A DNA stretch of 64,000 nucleotides, taken from positions 32,001 through 96,000 of the forward strand of contig JBKBRF010000019.1 in NCBI GenBank assembly GCA_046292385.1, read 5' to 3'. Both the position numbers and the translations under genes were made by a program. Positions 38,677 through 48,919 of the stretch are shown one piece after another (within the stretch, counting starts at the first letter, position 1; each line of letters begins with the position of its first letter). Below the pieces are notes generated by a model, which did not search any database, had not been told where the DNA came from, and saw nothing but the letters and a program-made list of their open reading frames with translations. Origin of the DNA: Armatimonadota bacterium (GTDB taxonomy: Bacteria; Armatimonadota; SYMT01).

Positions 38677-39597
38677 ATGAGCCTGTTGGTCTACCTGAAT
38701 GGAGCCTTCGTGGAGAAGGACCAGGCACGAGTCTCGGTTTGGGATCACGGCTTCCTCTACGGGGACGGCGTCTTTGAAGGGATCCGCGCCTACAGCGGCC
38801 GCATCTTTCGCCTGGACGAGCACGTGGAGCGGCTCTACCGCTCCGCGCGGGCGATCATGCTCGACGTGCCGCTCACGCCGGACCAGATGCGCCAGGCGAT
38901 CCTGGAGACCTGCGCCCGCAACGAGATCACCAGCGGCTACATCCGGGTGGTGATCTCCCGCGGCGCGGGCGACCTGGGCATCGATCCGCGGAACTGTCGG
39001 GTGGGACCGACAGTCGTGATCATCGCGGATAAACTGACGATGTATCCGCCTTCCATGTATGAGAACGGGATGGCGGTGATCACCACCAGCACGCGGAGGA
39101 ATTCCCCCGCGGCGCTGGATCCGAATATCAAGTCGCTCAACTACCTGAACAACATCCTCGCGAAGATCGAGGTGAACCGGGCAGCGCGGGCGGCGGGCGA
39201 GATCCCGGTAGGGGAAGGCTTGATGCTCAACCTGGACGGGTACGTCGCGGAAGCCACGGGGGACAACATCTTCGTGGTAGACCGCGGGATCCTCGTGACG
39301 CCGCCGGTGCACGTGGGCATCCTGGAAGGGATCACCCGCAACGCCGTGCTGGACCTGGCTCGTGGAATGGGGATTCCGACGGAAGAGCGTGTGTTTACCA
39401 TGACCACGGTCTACGGCGCCGAGGAGATCTTCCTCACCGGCACCGGGGCCGAGGTGATCCCGGTGGTCCAGGTGGACGACCGCACCATCGGGGACGGCAG
39501 GCCGGGTCCCACTACCCGCCGGCTGATCGAAGCCTTCCGGGAACTAGTCAACCGGGAGGGCGTGGAGATCGCGGCGAGGGAACCTGCGCTGCATTAG
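38677..39597 (+). CDS. ilvE: Branched-chain amino acid aminotransferase
   Basis: DHGFLYGDGVFEGIR, KSLNYLN, EATGDNIF, LEGITR and FLTGTGAE motifs. Confidence 0.96.
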   Translation: MSLLVYLNGAFVEKDQARVSVWDHGFLYGDGVFEGIRAYSGRIFRLDEHVERLYRSARAIMLDVPLTPDQMRQAILETCARNEITSGYIRVVISRGAGDLGIDPRNCRVGPTVVIIADKLTMYPPSMYENGMAVITTSTRRNSPAALDPNIKSLNYLNNILAKIEVNRAARAAGEIPVGEGLMLNLDGYVAEATGDNIFVVDRGILVTPPVHVGILEGITRNAVLDLARGMGIPTEERVFTMTTVYGAEEIFLTGTGAEVIPVVQVDDRTIGDGRPGPTTRRLIEAFRELVNREGVEIAAREPALH

Positions 39598-39723
39598 CCG
39601 CTTCTGTATATAGGGAGCAATCGCTCCGATCTCGGGCGCCTGGTCGCTCGGGAAAAGAGCGCCCTATGGGGGTTTCGATCCCAGAGCGGAAGCGGTAGAG
39701 AGGACTAGGAGGAGTTAACCAGC

Positions 39724-42207
39724 ATGTGGCAGAGGTTCACAGAACGGGCCCGACGCGTGGTGTTCTTCGCACAGGAAGAGGCCGCTCGGCTCGGGGAAAA
39801 CTATGTAGGGACCGAACATCTGCTACTGGGCCTCGTTCGCGAGAGCGACAGTGTCGCCGCCCGGATTCTGGATCGCCTCGGCGTTCCGCTCGGCCGTATC
39901 CGCGCCGAGATCGAGCGCCAGGTGACTCGCGGGCACGGCAACCTGGGGCAGGATATGCAGCTGACGCCCCGCGCCAAGCGCGTCATTGACCTGGCGTATG
40001 AAGAGGCGCGGCAGCTTAACAATAACTACATCGGCACGGAGCACCTGCTGCTCGGCCTGATCCGAGAGGGCGACGGCCTGGCGGCGCGGGTGCTGGTGAA
40101 GCTCGGAGCGGACCTGGAGCGGACCCGCCGCGAAGTCTACGCGATGCAGGAAGGGGAGTCGCAGCAGACCCCCAACCGGCAGCGGAGCCGCACGCCCACG
40201 CTGGATGAGTTCGGCCGCGACCTGACGGAGCTGGCTCGCAACGAGAAGCTCGATCCGGTAGTCGGCCGGCACAAAGAGATCGAGCGGGTGATCCAGATCC
40301 TCTGCCGGCGGATCAAGAACAATCCGTGCCTGGTAGGTGAAGCGGGCGTGGGCAAGACCGCCATCGCCGAAGGTCTGGCACAGCGGATCATTCAGGAAGA
40401 CATTCCGGAGCCGCTGAAGGACAAGCGGATCGTGGCGCTCGACCTGCCGGGTCTGGTGGCGGGCACCAAGTATCGTGGTGAGTTCGAAGAGCGCATGAAG
40501 CGCGTCATGGAAGAGGTGCGCCGCGCCGCAGGCGAGGTGATCCTCTTCGTCGACGAGCTTCACACCCTGGTCGGCGCCGGGGCGGCGGAGGGGGCGATCG
40601 ACGCTTCCAACATCCTGAAGCCGGCCCTGGCCCGCGGCGAGCTCCAGTGCATCGGCGCGACCACCCAGGACGAGTTCCGCAAGTACATCGAGCGGGACGC
40701 GGCGCTGGCGCGGCGCTTCCAGCCGGTGCAGGTGCGCGAGCCGAGCGTGGACGAGACGATCGAGATCCTGCGCGGGCTGGTGGAGCGCTATGAGACGCAC
40801 CACCAGGTGGAGATCCGCGAGGATGCCCTGATCGCCTCGGCGCGGCTGGCGGACCGGTACATCACGGACCGGTTCCTGCCGGACAAGGCGATCGACCTGA
40901 TCGACGAGGCGTCCAGCCGGGTGCGGCTGCGCTACGCCATGCCGCCCGTGCAGCTCCGGGAGCTGAAGGGCGAGCTGGAGAAGGCGGAGCGGGAGTACCG
41001 CGCCCTGCCGGAACAGGACAACTACCTGCGAGCCTACCCGCTGCGCGAGCGGATCAAGGGTCTTCAGGAAGACATCGAGCGCATCGAGACGGAGTGGAAG
41101 GACCAGCGCGACAACGCGCAGATCCAGGTGACCGAAGATGAGGTCGCCCAGATCGTGCAGAGCTGGACCGGCATTCCGGTGACGCGCCTGGTGGAAGCCG
41201 AGACCACCAAGCTGCTCCGCATGGAAGATGAGCTGCACAAGCGGATCATCGGCCAGGACGAGGCGATCGAGGCGGTCTCCCGAGCGGTGCGCCGCGCGCG
41301 CTCCGGCCTGAAGGACCCGAGGCGGCCTACCGGCAGCTTCGTCTTCCTCGGACCGACGGGCGTGGGTAAGACCGAGCTGGCGCGGGCGCTGGCGCAGTTC
41401 CTGTTCGACAACGAGGACGCGCTGATCCGGATCGACATGTCGGAGTACCAGGAGCGGTTCAACGTGAGCCGGCTCGTGGGGGCTCCGCCTGGATACGTCG
41501 GTTACGAAGAGGGAGGCCAGCTCACCGAAGCGGTCCGGCGCAAGCCGTACAGCGTGGTGCTGCTGGACGAGATCGAGAAGGCACACCCGGAGGTGTTCAA
41601 CATCCTCCTGCAGGTGCTGGACGATGGCCGCCTGACCGACAGCCAGGGCCGCATCGTCGACTTCAAGAACGCGGTCATCATCATGACCAGCAACGTCGGC
41701 GCGCGGGAGATCCAGGAGCGGAGTGTGATCGGCTTCGCCGACCGCACCCAGCGCGGCGGCGAGATGACGGAGCGCCAGTACGAGAGCATGCGGAACCGGG
41801 TGATGGAGGAGATGAAGCGGACCTTCCGCCCCGAGTTCCTGAACCGGATCGACGACGTGATCGTGTTCCACTCGCTGACGCACGATCAGATCCAGCAGAT
41901 CGTCGACATGATGCTCAACGTGGTGCGCCGCCAGCTTGCCGCGCAGGGGATGGAGCTGGAAGTGAGCCAGTCGGCTCGCGACGTTCTCGGCAACGAGGGC
42001 TGGGACCCGAACTACGGGGCCCGTCCGCTGCGCCGGGCGATCCAGCGCCTGATCGAGGACCCGCTGTCCGAGGAAGTGCTGCTGGGGCGGTTCAGCGCCG
42101 GCGACACGATCCTGGCCGACGCGGTGGATGGCAAGATCATCTTCCGCAAGGCGGACCTGCCGGAGCTTCCGGACGAGCCGCCGGCCCTCGCGGCCAGCGC
42201 GGGTTAA
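39724..42207 (+). CDS. clpC: ATP-dependent Clp protease ATP-binding subunit ClpC
   Basis: Two Clp_N repeats, Walker A motifs GEAGVGKT and GPTGVGKT, coiled-coil middle domain, IGF ClpP-binding loop. Confidence 0.97.
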   Translation: MWQRFTERARRVVFFAQEEAARLGENYVGTEHLLLGLVRESDSVAARILDRLGVPLGRIRAEIERQVTRGHGNLGQDMQLTPRAKRVIDLAYEEARQLNNNYIGTEHLLLGLIREGDGLAARVLVKLGADLERTRREVYAMQEGESQQTPNRQRSRTPTLDEFGRDLTELARNEKLDPVVGRHKEIERVIQILCRRIKNNPCLVGEAGVGKTAIAEGLAQRIIQEDIPEPLKDKRIVALDLPGLVAGTKYRGEFEERMKRVMEEVRRAAGEVILFVDELHTLVGAGAAEGAIDASNILKPALARGELQCIGATTQDEFRKYIERDAALARRFQPVQVREPSVDETIEILRGLVERYETHHQVEIREDALIASARLADRYITDRFLPDKAIDLIDEASSRVRLRYAMPPVQLRELKGELEKAEREYRALPEQDNYLRAYPLRERIKGLQEDIERIETEWKDQRDNAQIQVTEDEVAQIVQSWTGIPVTRLVEAETTKLLRMEDELHKRIIGQDEAIEAVSRAVRRARSGLKDPRRPTGSFVFLGPTGVGKTELARALAQFLFDNEDALIRIDMSEYQERFNVSRLVGAPPGYVGYEEGGQLTEAVRRKPYSVVLLDEIEKAHPEVFNILLQVLDDGRLTDSQGRIVDFKNAVIIMTSNVGAREIQERSVIGFADRTQRGGEMTERQYESMRNRVMEEMKRTFRPEFLNRIDDVIVFHSLTHDQIQQIVDMMLNVVRRQLAAQGMELEVSQSARDVLGNEGWDPNYGARPLRRAIQRLIEDPLSEEVLLGRFSAGDTILADAVDGKIIFRKADLPELPDEPPALAASAG

Positions 42208-42230
42208 GCGAGCACACGGCGAAACGCAGC

Positions 42231-42271
42231 ACGGAGCCGGGGGAGATCTCTCCCCCGGCTCCGATCTTTTT
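42231..42271 (+). terminator. Intrinsic terminator after clpC
   Basis: CGGAGCCGGGGGAGA-tc-TCTCCCCCGGCTCCG followed by ATCTTTTT. Confidence 0.85.
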
Positions 42272-42395
42272 CTGCGGTGGCCGGCTCCAAACCGGGCAAG
42301 CTCTGAATGTTAATCGACAAGACTGCGCAGGAATGACGCAGCGCTTCACGAAAACTGAATAGAGCGGGTCATTCGCTTCTTGAAGTGTTGACGCC

Positions 42396-43568
42396 ATGAA
42401 GCAACGAAAGAAATCCGCGCTCGTCGTGGGCGCGCTGCTGCTTGTCACACTCCTCGTCGTATGGGCCTCCCGGGGTGCCTGGGAGCCGGCGGTCGCGCGG
42501 AGCCTCCCGGACGGAGCGCTTCACAGACTGGTCCAGGCGTGGCCGGGCTCCGGGGCCGTGCAGCTGGAGGTAGGGCGCCGCGCCTGGGACGCGGGCCGGC
42601 TCGGCGAGGCCGAGTGGGCCATGGCGGCCGCCGTCGAGCTGCTTCCCGCCGACCCGGCGGCCCGGGCGGAGTACACCCTGGTCCTTGCCGACCGGCAGGA
42701 CATGCGGAACGCCGAGGCTGCTTACCGCGAGCTCGGCGCCCGTTTCCCCGGCAGTCCCCACGAGCGGATCGTGGAGGCGAGGTATCGTCTCGCCAGCGAG
42801 GGGCCCGGCTCCGCGGCCCCCCTGCTGCGGGAGCTGACTGAGCGCGCGCCGGAGCTGGCGGAGGCCTGGTATCTTCTGGGCTACTGCGCGGCCGAGCGCG
42901 GCGCGACGGAAGAGGCGCTCTCCGCGTTCCGCCGCGCGGTACGGCTCCGGCCCCGCTCGGGGCGGTACCACCGGGAGCTGGGGCAGGTGCTTCACCGGGT
43001 CGGCCAGCTCGATGCGGCGGAAGCGAGCATCCGCCGGGCACTCGAGCTCGCACCTTCGGACGACGCGACGGCGCTGGCGCTGGCGGAGCTGCTCCTCGAT
43101 CGAGACCTCTCGGAGCAAAAGCTCACCGAGGCGGAGTCACTGCTGCAGTCCGCGCGTACGAGCGAGACCCTCCGCCTGGCGGCGTGTAAGGCGCTGGGAC
43201 GAGTTGCCCTCGCCCGGAACGACTGGGACGCGGCGGAGCGGGCCTACGCCGAGGCGGCTCAGTCCAACGGGCAGGATCCGGACGCGCTCTACGGCCTCGC
43301 GCAGGCGCTGCGGGCGAAACGCGACCCACGCTACTCGGGCGTCCTGCAGCGGTTCCGGGTCGCCGAAACGACGCAGCGCGAGGAGCGATACCTTCGGGGC
43401 GCGCTCAAGGAGCGGCCGAACGACCCCGAAACCCGCGCGCGCCTCGCCCGCTTCTACCACCGGCTGGGACGTGTTGCCGAGGCGAGGGCCGTGCTCACCG
43501 GCTCGAGCTCCGAGACCCCGCGGGAGGCGCTCTCCGACGCCTTCAATCCCCAGGAGGCGCGCCGGTGA
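42396..43568 (+). CDS. Membrane-anchored TPR protein (cluster paralog 1)
   Basis: N-terminal TM helix; TPR units such as AWYLLG...A...FRRAVRLRP; GTGA overlap with the next gene. Confidence 0.85.
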   Translation: MKQRKKSALVVGALLLVTLLVVWASRGAWEPAVARSLPDGALHRLVQAWPGSGAVQLEVGRRAWDAGRLGEAEWAMAAAVELLPADPAARAEYTLVLADRQDMRNAEAAYRELGARFPGSPHERIVEARYRLASEGPGSAAPLLRELTERAPELAEAWYLLGYCAAERGATEEALSAFRRAVRLRPRSGRYHRELGQVLHRVGQLDAAEASIRRALELAPSDDATALALAELLLDRDLSEQKLTEAESLLQSARTSETLRLAACKALGRVALARNDWDAAERAYAEAAQSNGQDPDALYGLAQALRAKRDPRYSGVLQRFRVAETTQREERYLRGALKERPNDPETRARLARFYHRLGRVAEARAVLTGSSSETPREALSDAFNPQEARR

Positions 43569-45226
43569 AGCGGCGCTCCGCCATGCTCGCCGCGGCAGTC
43601 TTGCTGCTGGGTCTTGGGGTCGCTCTCTCCAGCGGCTGCGATTCTCCGGAGCGGGCCGCCGACGCCGCGACCCCGGAGCGAGCGTCGCCGTTCAACCTGC
43701 AGGAGGTCGCCGGGGAGCTCGGACTCTCGTTCCAGTCCGGGCACGGGGGGCGCTCGCCGCTCAGCACCCTGGAGACTCTCGGGCACGGGGCCGCCGTCGT
43801 CGACCTGAACGGCGACCACTACCCGGACGTCTGGCTCTTGAGCAGTCGCGGCTCCACCTACTACCGGAGCGTCGAGGGTCGCCGCTTTGAGGACGCGACG
43901 GCCGAGGCGCGGGCCAACCTTCCCGGCTACTGGCACGGCGTGACCGCCGGCGACTTCGACGGGGACGGGGATACCGACCTGTGCCAGGTCGGCTACGGCT
44001 GCCTCGCCCTGATCCGGAACGACGGAGGGGTGTTTCGCGACGCGACCGCGGCCTCCGGACTGATGCAGCCGGAGTGGGGCAGTAGCTGCGCCTTCGCGGA
44101 CCTGGACGGCGACGGGCGCCTCGACCTCCTGGTGGGGGAGTATCTCGACTTCGACGCCGGGCCGCGGCTCTGCACCGTGGGCGAGATCGAGACGGCCTGC
44201 GGTCCCAAGATCTATCCGGCGCTTTACCCTCGGGTCTACCGGAACCTCGGCGAGGGCCGCTTCGAAGACGTAACGAAGCGCTGGGGCTTCGACACCGCCT
44301 CCGGTAAGGCGCTCGGCATCGCCCTGGGCGACTACAACGGGGACGGCCGGCTGGACGTGGCATTCGCCAACGACGAGATGCCCCAGGACCTGTTCATCCG
44401 CAAGCCGGGGCCGGAGGTCCGCTTCCAGAACCAGGCCGTGGAGCTCGGTTTTGCCTACCTCGGGACGGGCCGGGTGCAGAGCGGGATGGGAATCGACGCC
44501 GCCGATTTCGATGGGGACGGCCGCGAAGACCTGCTCGTGACGAACTTTCAGAATGAGCCGGCCGGCCTCTACCGCAATGAAGGCGGCTACTTCACGGAGC
44601 ACAGCGGGCAGGCCGGCGTTGCCGAGGCGACTTTTCCGTACGTCGGGTGGGGATGCCGCTTCTTCGACGCGGACGGCGACGGCGACCTCGACCTCGCGAT
44701 GGCGAACGGCCACATCGAGGACAACGTGGCGCGGGTCCGGGCGAACACCAGCTATGCCCAGCCTCTGCTGCTCTTCGAGAACCGGGAGGGGCGGTTCCGC
44801 CGCGTCACTCCAGCGGCGGGAGATCCGTGGGAGGAGCCGTTCGTCGGCCGCGGCCTGGTGGTGGCGGACATCGACAACGATGGCGCGCCGGACCTGCTCG
44901 CCACCAACCTGGAAGGCCCGATAAAGCTCCTCAAGAGCGCCTCCCCGGGCTACGACTGGATGGGGCTGGAGGTGCTCTCCAGGGGCGGCGCGGCACTCGG
45001 CGCCCGGGTGGTGGCCGAGTGGGACCGGGGGCAGACCACCCGGCGAGTCCCGGCCGGCGGCAGTATCTTCTCGGCCCAGGATCCGCGCCTGCAGCTCGCC
45101 ATCCCCGAGGGCAAAACGCTGCAGCGGCTGCGGGTCGACTGGCCGGACGGGACGCGGGAAGCGTTCACGCCCCCGCCGCTCGGCCGCTACTCCCGCCTGG
45201 TGCAGGGTACCGGCGCGCGGCTCTAG
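43565..45226 (+). CDS. CRTAC1/ASPIC-UnbV family FG-GAP repeat lipoprotein (paralog 1)
   Basis: Lipobox SSGC, DxDGDG.xD repeats, and C-terminal ASPIC/UnbV-like GARV...GGSIFSAQDPRL...V.WPDG. Confidence 0.88.
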   Translation: MKRRSAMLAAAVLLLGLGVALSSGCDSPERAADAATPERASPFNLQEVAGELGLSFQSGHGGRSPLSTLETLGHGAAVVDLNGDHYPDVWLLSSRGSTYYRSVEGRRFEDATAEARANLPGYWHGVTAGDFDGDGDTDLCQVGYGCLALIRNDGGVFRDATAASGLMQPEWGSSCAFADLDGDGRLDLLVGEYLDFDAGPRLCTVGEIETACGPKIYPALYPRVYRNLGEGRFEDVTKRWGFDTASGKALGIALGDYNGDGRLDVAFANDEMPQDLFIRKPGPEVRFQNQAVELGFAYLGTGRVQSGMGIDAADFDGDGREDLLVTNFQNEPAGLYRNEGGYFTEHSGQAGVAEATFPYVGWGCRFFDADGDGDLDLAMANGHIEDNVARVRANTSYAQPLLLFENREGRFRRVTPAAGDPWEEPFVGRGLVVADIDNDGAPDLLATNLEGPIKLLKSASPGYDWMGLEVLSRGGAALGARVVAEWDRGQTTRRVPAGGSIFSAQDPRLQLAIPEGKTLQRLRVDWPDGTREAFTPPPLGRYSRLVQGTGARL

Positions 45227-45360
45227 CCGGGGAGTCACGCGCCGTCGCCGCGTGCCGTCGCGGGGGGCGGCCCCGCGGCGACAGCTCCGGAGGGAAGGCT
45301 TCTGCGGTTGGAGAACTGCCGTTCAACGGAGTGATCGACGCAGTACACTGGAGGGTTTCT

Positions 45361-45960
45361 ATGCGTCTACTCGTCATTGGCGGGATCGTGGTGGTGCTGC
45401 TGGCGGCCGGAGTCCGGGCGGTCACCTGGTATCAGAAGGACGGCCAGTACAGCAGCCGCGCGGCGAGCGAATTGTCGTCTCAGCAGGCCGAGATCGAAGA
45501 GTGCAAGGGGCGACTCGCGACGCTGCATGCTGCCTGGGAAAGCTATCGGAAGGCGAACGGGGGCGCCAGCCCGCCGAGCGTGGAGTCGATGGTGCCAAAG
45601 CACCTGAAAGACCCGAAGCTCCTGTTCTGTCCCACCGCCGAGCGCTGGAAGGGCAAGGCGATCATGGCCCAGGGCAACATCAAGGTCGGGGACAAGGAGT
45701 ACCCCGTCACCTACGCCTTCAAGTGGATGGTGCCCGGTTACGACCGTTTCCTGGGCAGCCGCGGTGAGAACTCCGTCCTGGTCGTCTGCGAGACTCACCG
45801 GGAAGGCGTCTACCGCGCCGCCTACCAGAAGCCGCCGCAGCTCGGCACGTTCGATCCGTCCGGCCGCGGCTCCATGGCGGACTCGGTCAACAAGGCGCCG
45901 ATCCTGGCCCTCCGGCGCAGCGGAGCCGTCGACGTCATCGGCGCCGAAGAGCTCGATTAG
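45361..45960 (+). CDS. Hypothetical membrane-anchored protein with pilin/DUF1559-like body
   Basis: ATG 45361 after GGAGGG. TM helix, then ECKGRLATLHAAWESY...LKDPKLLFCP, which resembles [16 protein letters not shown]...[10 protein letters not shown] in the nearby DUF1559 proteins. Confidence 0.65.
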   Translation: MRLLVIGGIVVVLLAAGVRAVTWYQKDGQYSSRAASELSSQQAEIEECKGRLATLHAAWESYRKANGGASPPSVESMVPKHLKDPKLLFCPTAERWKGKAIMAQGNIKVGDKEYPVTYAFKWMVPGYDRFLGSRGENSVLVVCETHREGVYRAAYQKPPQLGTFDPSGRGSMADSVNKAPILALRRSGAVDVIGAEELD

Positions 45961-46046
45961 GCGGCGGAAGAATGCTCGTCGGCCCGGGGGCGGGCCCCTG
46001 CCGCGGCGGCCCGGCGGTGGCCGCCGCCCCGCCGCGGGCGTGTCGT

Positions 46047-47687
46047 CTACCGGCTCACTTCCAGGCTCCGGTTCAACTCGGTGACGTACTGGGTCCGGAC
46101 GGTGCCGTCCGGCCAGCGGATGCGGAGCTGCACCGGTCCCTCGTGGTCCCCCAATCCGAAGTGGGCCGCCGTATCCAGACCGGAGAGCACGCTTCCGGAG
46201 GTCTTCACCTCTCGCGTCTGCTTTTGATCTCCTGCCTGCAGCTCGATCCGCGCGCCGAGGGCGAAGCGGTTCTCGCCGGGCATCCGGAGCCGCACGGAGA
46301 GCCACTGCCGGGCGGGCGATTGGTTCCGCAGCAGCAGCGCCTTCCCCTCCAGGTCGACCACCAGCAGGTCCAGGCGCCCGTCCCGGTCGTAGTCCGCGTA
46401 GCTCAGGCCGCGGCCGACGAGCGGAGAGCGTACCGCTTCGCCGGCCGACGCGGTGCACTCCACGAACCGCCGTCCGTCGTTCCGGAATAGCTGCAGCGGC
46501 TGCCGGTAACTCTGCTGGGTGTCGAACTGCTCCACGCTGTCCCGGACGTGACCGTTGGCGATCACCACGTCGAGCCAGCCGTCGTTGTCCAGGTCGGCGA
46601 ACGCGGTGCCAAATCCCACGTAGGGCATCGTGGCCGGGCCGATGCCGGTGGGGCCGCTGGTCACGGTGAACAGCCCGTTCCCGTCGTTGCGGTAGAGGCT
46701 CGTCTCCTGGGCGAAGAAGGTGGTGACGATCAGGTCCAGGCGCCCATCGTTGTCGTAGTCCCCGGTATCGACCCCCATCGCGCCCTGCATGTGCCCCTGG
46801 ATGTCGTAGGCGGTTCCCGTGAGCGGCCCCACGTTCTTCCAGCGCTTCCCTTCCTGCGTCCAGAGATCGCAGGGCATCATGTCGTTGGCCAGGTAGATCG
46901 CCGGCTTCCCGCTCTCCAGCAGGTCCGAGACCACCACCCCCCAGGTCTTACCGGTGTCCCGCAGCTCTTCCGGCGGGAGCGCGCGGAAGCGGCCCCCGCC
47001 GGCGTTCAGGAGGAGCTTGCCCTGGAGCGGCTTGTAGAGCTCCGGTCCGCAGGCAAACTTCACGCCGCCGGCCTGGCAGATCTGCTGGGTGGTTTCGTCG
47101 AACTTCAGGTACTGCGGCACGTAGAGGTCGAGCCTGCCGTCACCGTTGATATCCGCAAACGCGGCGCTCAGGGTCCAGTCGAGGCCGGTGATGCCGGCCT
47201 CGCGCGTCGCGTCGGCAAAGCGGCCGCCGCCCTGGTTCCGGTAGAGGGTGGAGCAGCGGTACCCGGTGAGGAACAGGTCCGGCCGGCCGTCGCCGTCGTA
47301 ATCGCCGACGGCACAGCCCATCCAGTAGCGGTCGCTCCGGATGCCGCTCTTACGAGTCACGTCCTCAAACGTCCCGTCTCCGCGGTTCCGGTAGAGCGCG
47401 GCACGCTGCGGTCCGGCGAGGATCACGTCCGGCCAGCCGTCCTGGTCGAAGTCGAAGAACGCGCAGCCGCCGCCCGCGGTCTCCAGAATGGTGAGCGGCG
47501 AGCGCCCCTGGTGGCCGAGGCGGAAGTCGATCCCGGCCTCGTCGCCCGCGGAGACGAAGCGGATCGGCCCCGGCTCCGCAGCCTGCGTCTGGGCGCTGGC
47601 CGGGGTGGCCGGGATCACCCGCGCGGGCGAGTCGCAGCCGGCGAGCAGGGCCGCCGCGGCGCCCAGGAACAGGCCGCCCGCTCTCAT
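46047..47687 (-). CDS. CRTAC1/ASPIC-UnbV family FG-GAP repeat lipoprotein (paralog 2)
   Basis: Start ATG 47687 (MRAGGLFLGAAAALLAGC, lipobox LAGC), FG-GAP repeats, HFGLG...IRWPDG. Confidence 0.9.
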   Translation of the reverse strand: MRAGGLFLGAAAALLAGCDSPARVIPATPASAQTQAAEPGPIRFVSAGDEAGIDFRLGHQGRSPLTILETAGGGCAFFDFDQDGWPDVILAGPQRAALYRNRGDGTFEDVTRKSGIRSDRYWMGCAVGDYDGDGRPDLFLTGYRCSTLYRNQGGGRFADATREAGITGLDWTLSAAFADINGDGRLDLYVPQYLKFDETTQQICQAGGVKFACGPELYKPLQGKLLLNAGGGRFRALPPEELRDTGKTWGVVVSDLLESGKPAIYLANDMMPCDLWTQEGKRWKNVGPLTGTAYDIQGHMQGAMGVDTGDYDNDGRLDLIVTTFFAQETSLYRNDGNGLFTVTSGPTGIGPATMPYVGFGTAFADLDNDGWLDVVIANGHVRDSVEQFDTQQSYRQPLQLFRNDGRRFVECTASAGEAVRSPLVGRGLSYADYDRDGRLDLLVVDLEGKALLLRNQSPARQWLSVRLRMPGENRFALGARIELQAGDQKQTREVKTSGSVLSGLDTAAHFGLGDHEGPVQLRIRWPDGTVRTQYVTELNRSLEVSR

Positions 47688-48919
47688 GGCGACACCCCTT
47701 TCGGGCCGATCCGCTTCTCGAGCTGCTTCGCGCGGCGGCCGACCTCCCGGTCGTCCGGAGCAAGATCGACCGCATTGCGCGCGCTCGCCTGCGCGCCGCG
47801 GCGATCCCCCAGCTCCAGCTGGAGCTCCGCAAGCTCGAGATAGAGCTCCGCCTGTCCCGGCCGGTTGCCGAGATTGATCCGCAGCTCGTCGATCCGGCGC
47901 AGGAGGTCCTGGCGATGCCGATAGGTAGCGAGCAGCCGCTCCGCTTCCTCGCGGCGATCGAGGCGGAGCTGCACCTGGGCGAGGGCATAGTACGCCTCGT
48001 TCAAGTCCGGAGTGGTGCGCACCGCTTCCCGGAGGTGCTCGTCGGCGGCGTGCCACTGCTGGCGCTGTACGGCGACCTGACCATGCAGGAACGGCAGCAG
48101 CGGGTGCGTCGAGCTGAGCGCTTCCAGCCGCTCGACCGCCTGCTGCGCCAGCTCGGTATCGGATCCGCCCCGGCCGGTGGTCAGGAGCATCTTGGCCAGG
48201 TTCGCCTGGATCTGCACGTCGCCGGGCGCGCGGGTGGAGGCGAGCTGCAGGGCCTGGGTCGCCCCGGGGATGTTTCCGAGGGCGGCGTGAATGCTCGCCT
48301 GGATCGAGAGGTAGTTCGGGTCGTCCGGCACCTTCGCCAGCGCCTGGCTCACGGCGGCCTGTGCCCGGGCCACCTGCTGCAGCTGGAGGTAGCAGACTGC
48401 CTGCTCATAGAAGGCGTCGGAAAAGCCCGGGTCCCGCTCCGTCACGGCCCGGAACTGGTCGAGGGCATGGCCGTAGGAGCCCTGGCGTCGATAGAGGCGG
48501 CCGAGTGCCATGCGGGCCAGGGAGAATTCCGGGTGGTGATTCACCGCCGCCTTGAGCACCTGCTCGGCCTCCGGATACTCCTTCCGGGCCGTCAGGATCT
48601 CGCCGAGGCCGGTCGCCACCTCCGGGTCGCTCGGATCGAGCTCGAAGGCGTGCCGCAGCGCCGGCTCGGCCATGTCGCCGTCGCCGCTGCGAGCGAGGCG
48701 GAGTCCCAGTTGCCGCCAAGCCAGCCGATCGGTCCCGGCATCTTCCGCCAGGCGCTTCAGCGCCACCATGCCCATCCGGCTGTAGCGGAGCTCCGCGTTC
48801 CATGGACCGAACCACCAGACCAGGCCGGCTATCGCCACCGCCGCCAGCGCAAAGGCGAACGCCGGCGCCCGCCTCCGGCTGGCCGGCTGAACGGCCACTT
48901 CCACCGCAGTGTTCGACAT
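47684..48919 (-). CDS. Membrane-anchored TPR protein (paralog 2)
   Basis: N-terminal TM helix and multiple TPR units; overlaps the next gene by 4 nt. Confidence 0.87.
   Translation of the reverse strand: MSNTAVEVAVQPASRRRAPAFAFALAAVAIAGLVWWFGPWNAELRYSRMGMVALKRLAEDAGTDRLAWRQLGLRLARSGDGDMAEPALRHAFELDPSDPEVATGLGEILTARKEYPEAEQVLKAAVNHHPEFSLARMALGRLYRRQGSYGHALDQFRAVTERDPGFSDAFYEQAVCYLQLQQVARAQAAVSQALAKVPDDPNYLSIQASIHAALGNIPGATQALQLASTRAPGDVQIQANLAKMLLTTGRGGSDTELAQQAVERLEALSSTHPLLPFLHGQVAVQRQQWHAADEHLREAVRTTPDLNEAYYALAQVQLRLDRREEAERLLATYRHRQDLLRRIDELRINLGNRPGQAELYLELAELQLELGDRRGAQASARNAVDLAPDDREVGRRAKQLEKRIGPKGVSP

Noticed and set aside
44647..48056. Extended ORFs 44647..45960 and 46047..48056
   Set aside because: The extensions overlap real neighbouring genes. 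Starts at 45361 and 47687 give clean signal or TM segments.
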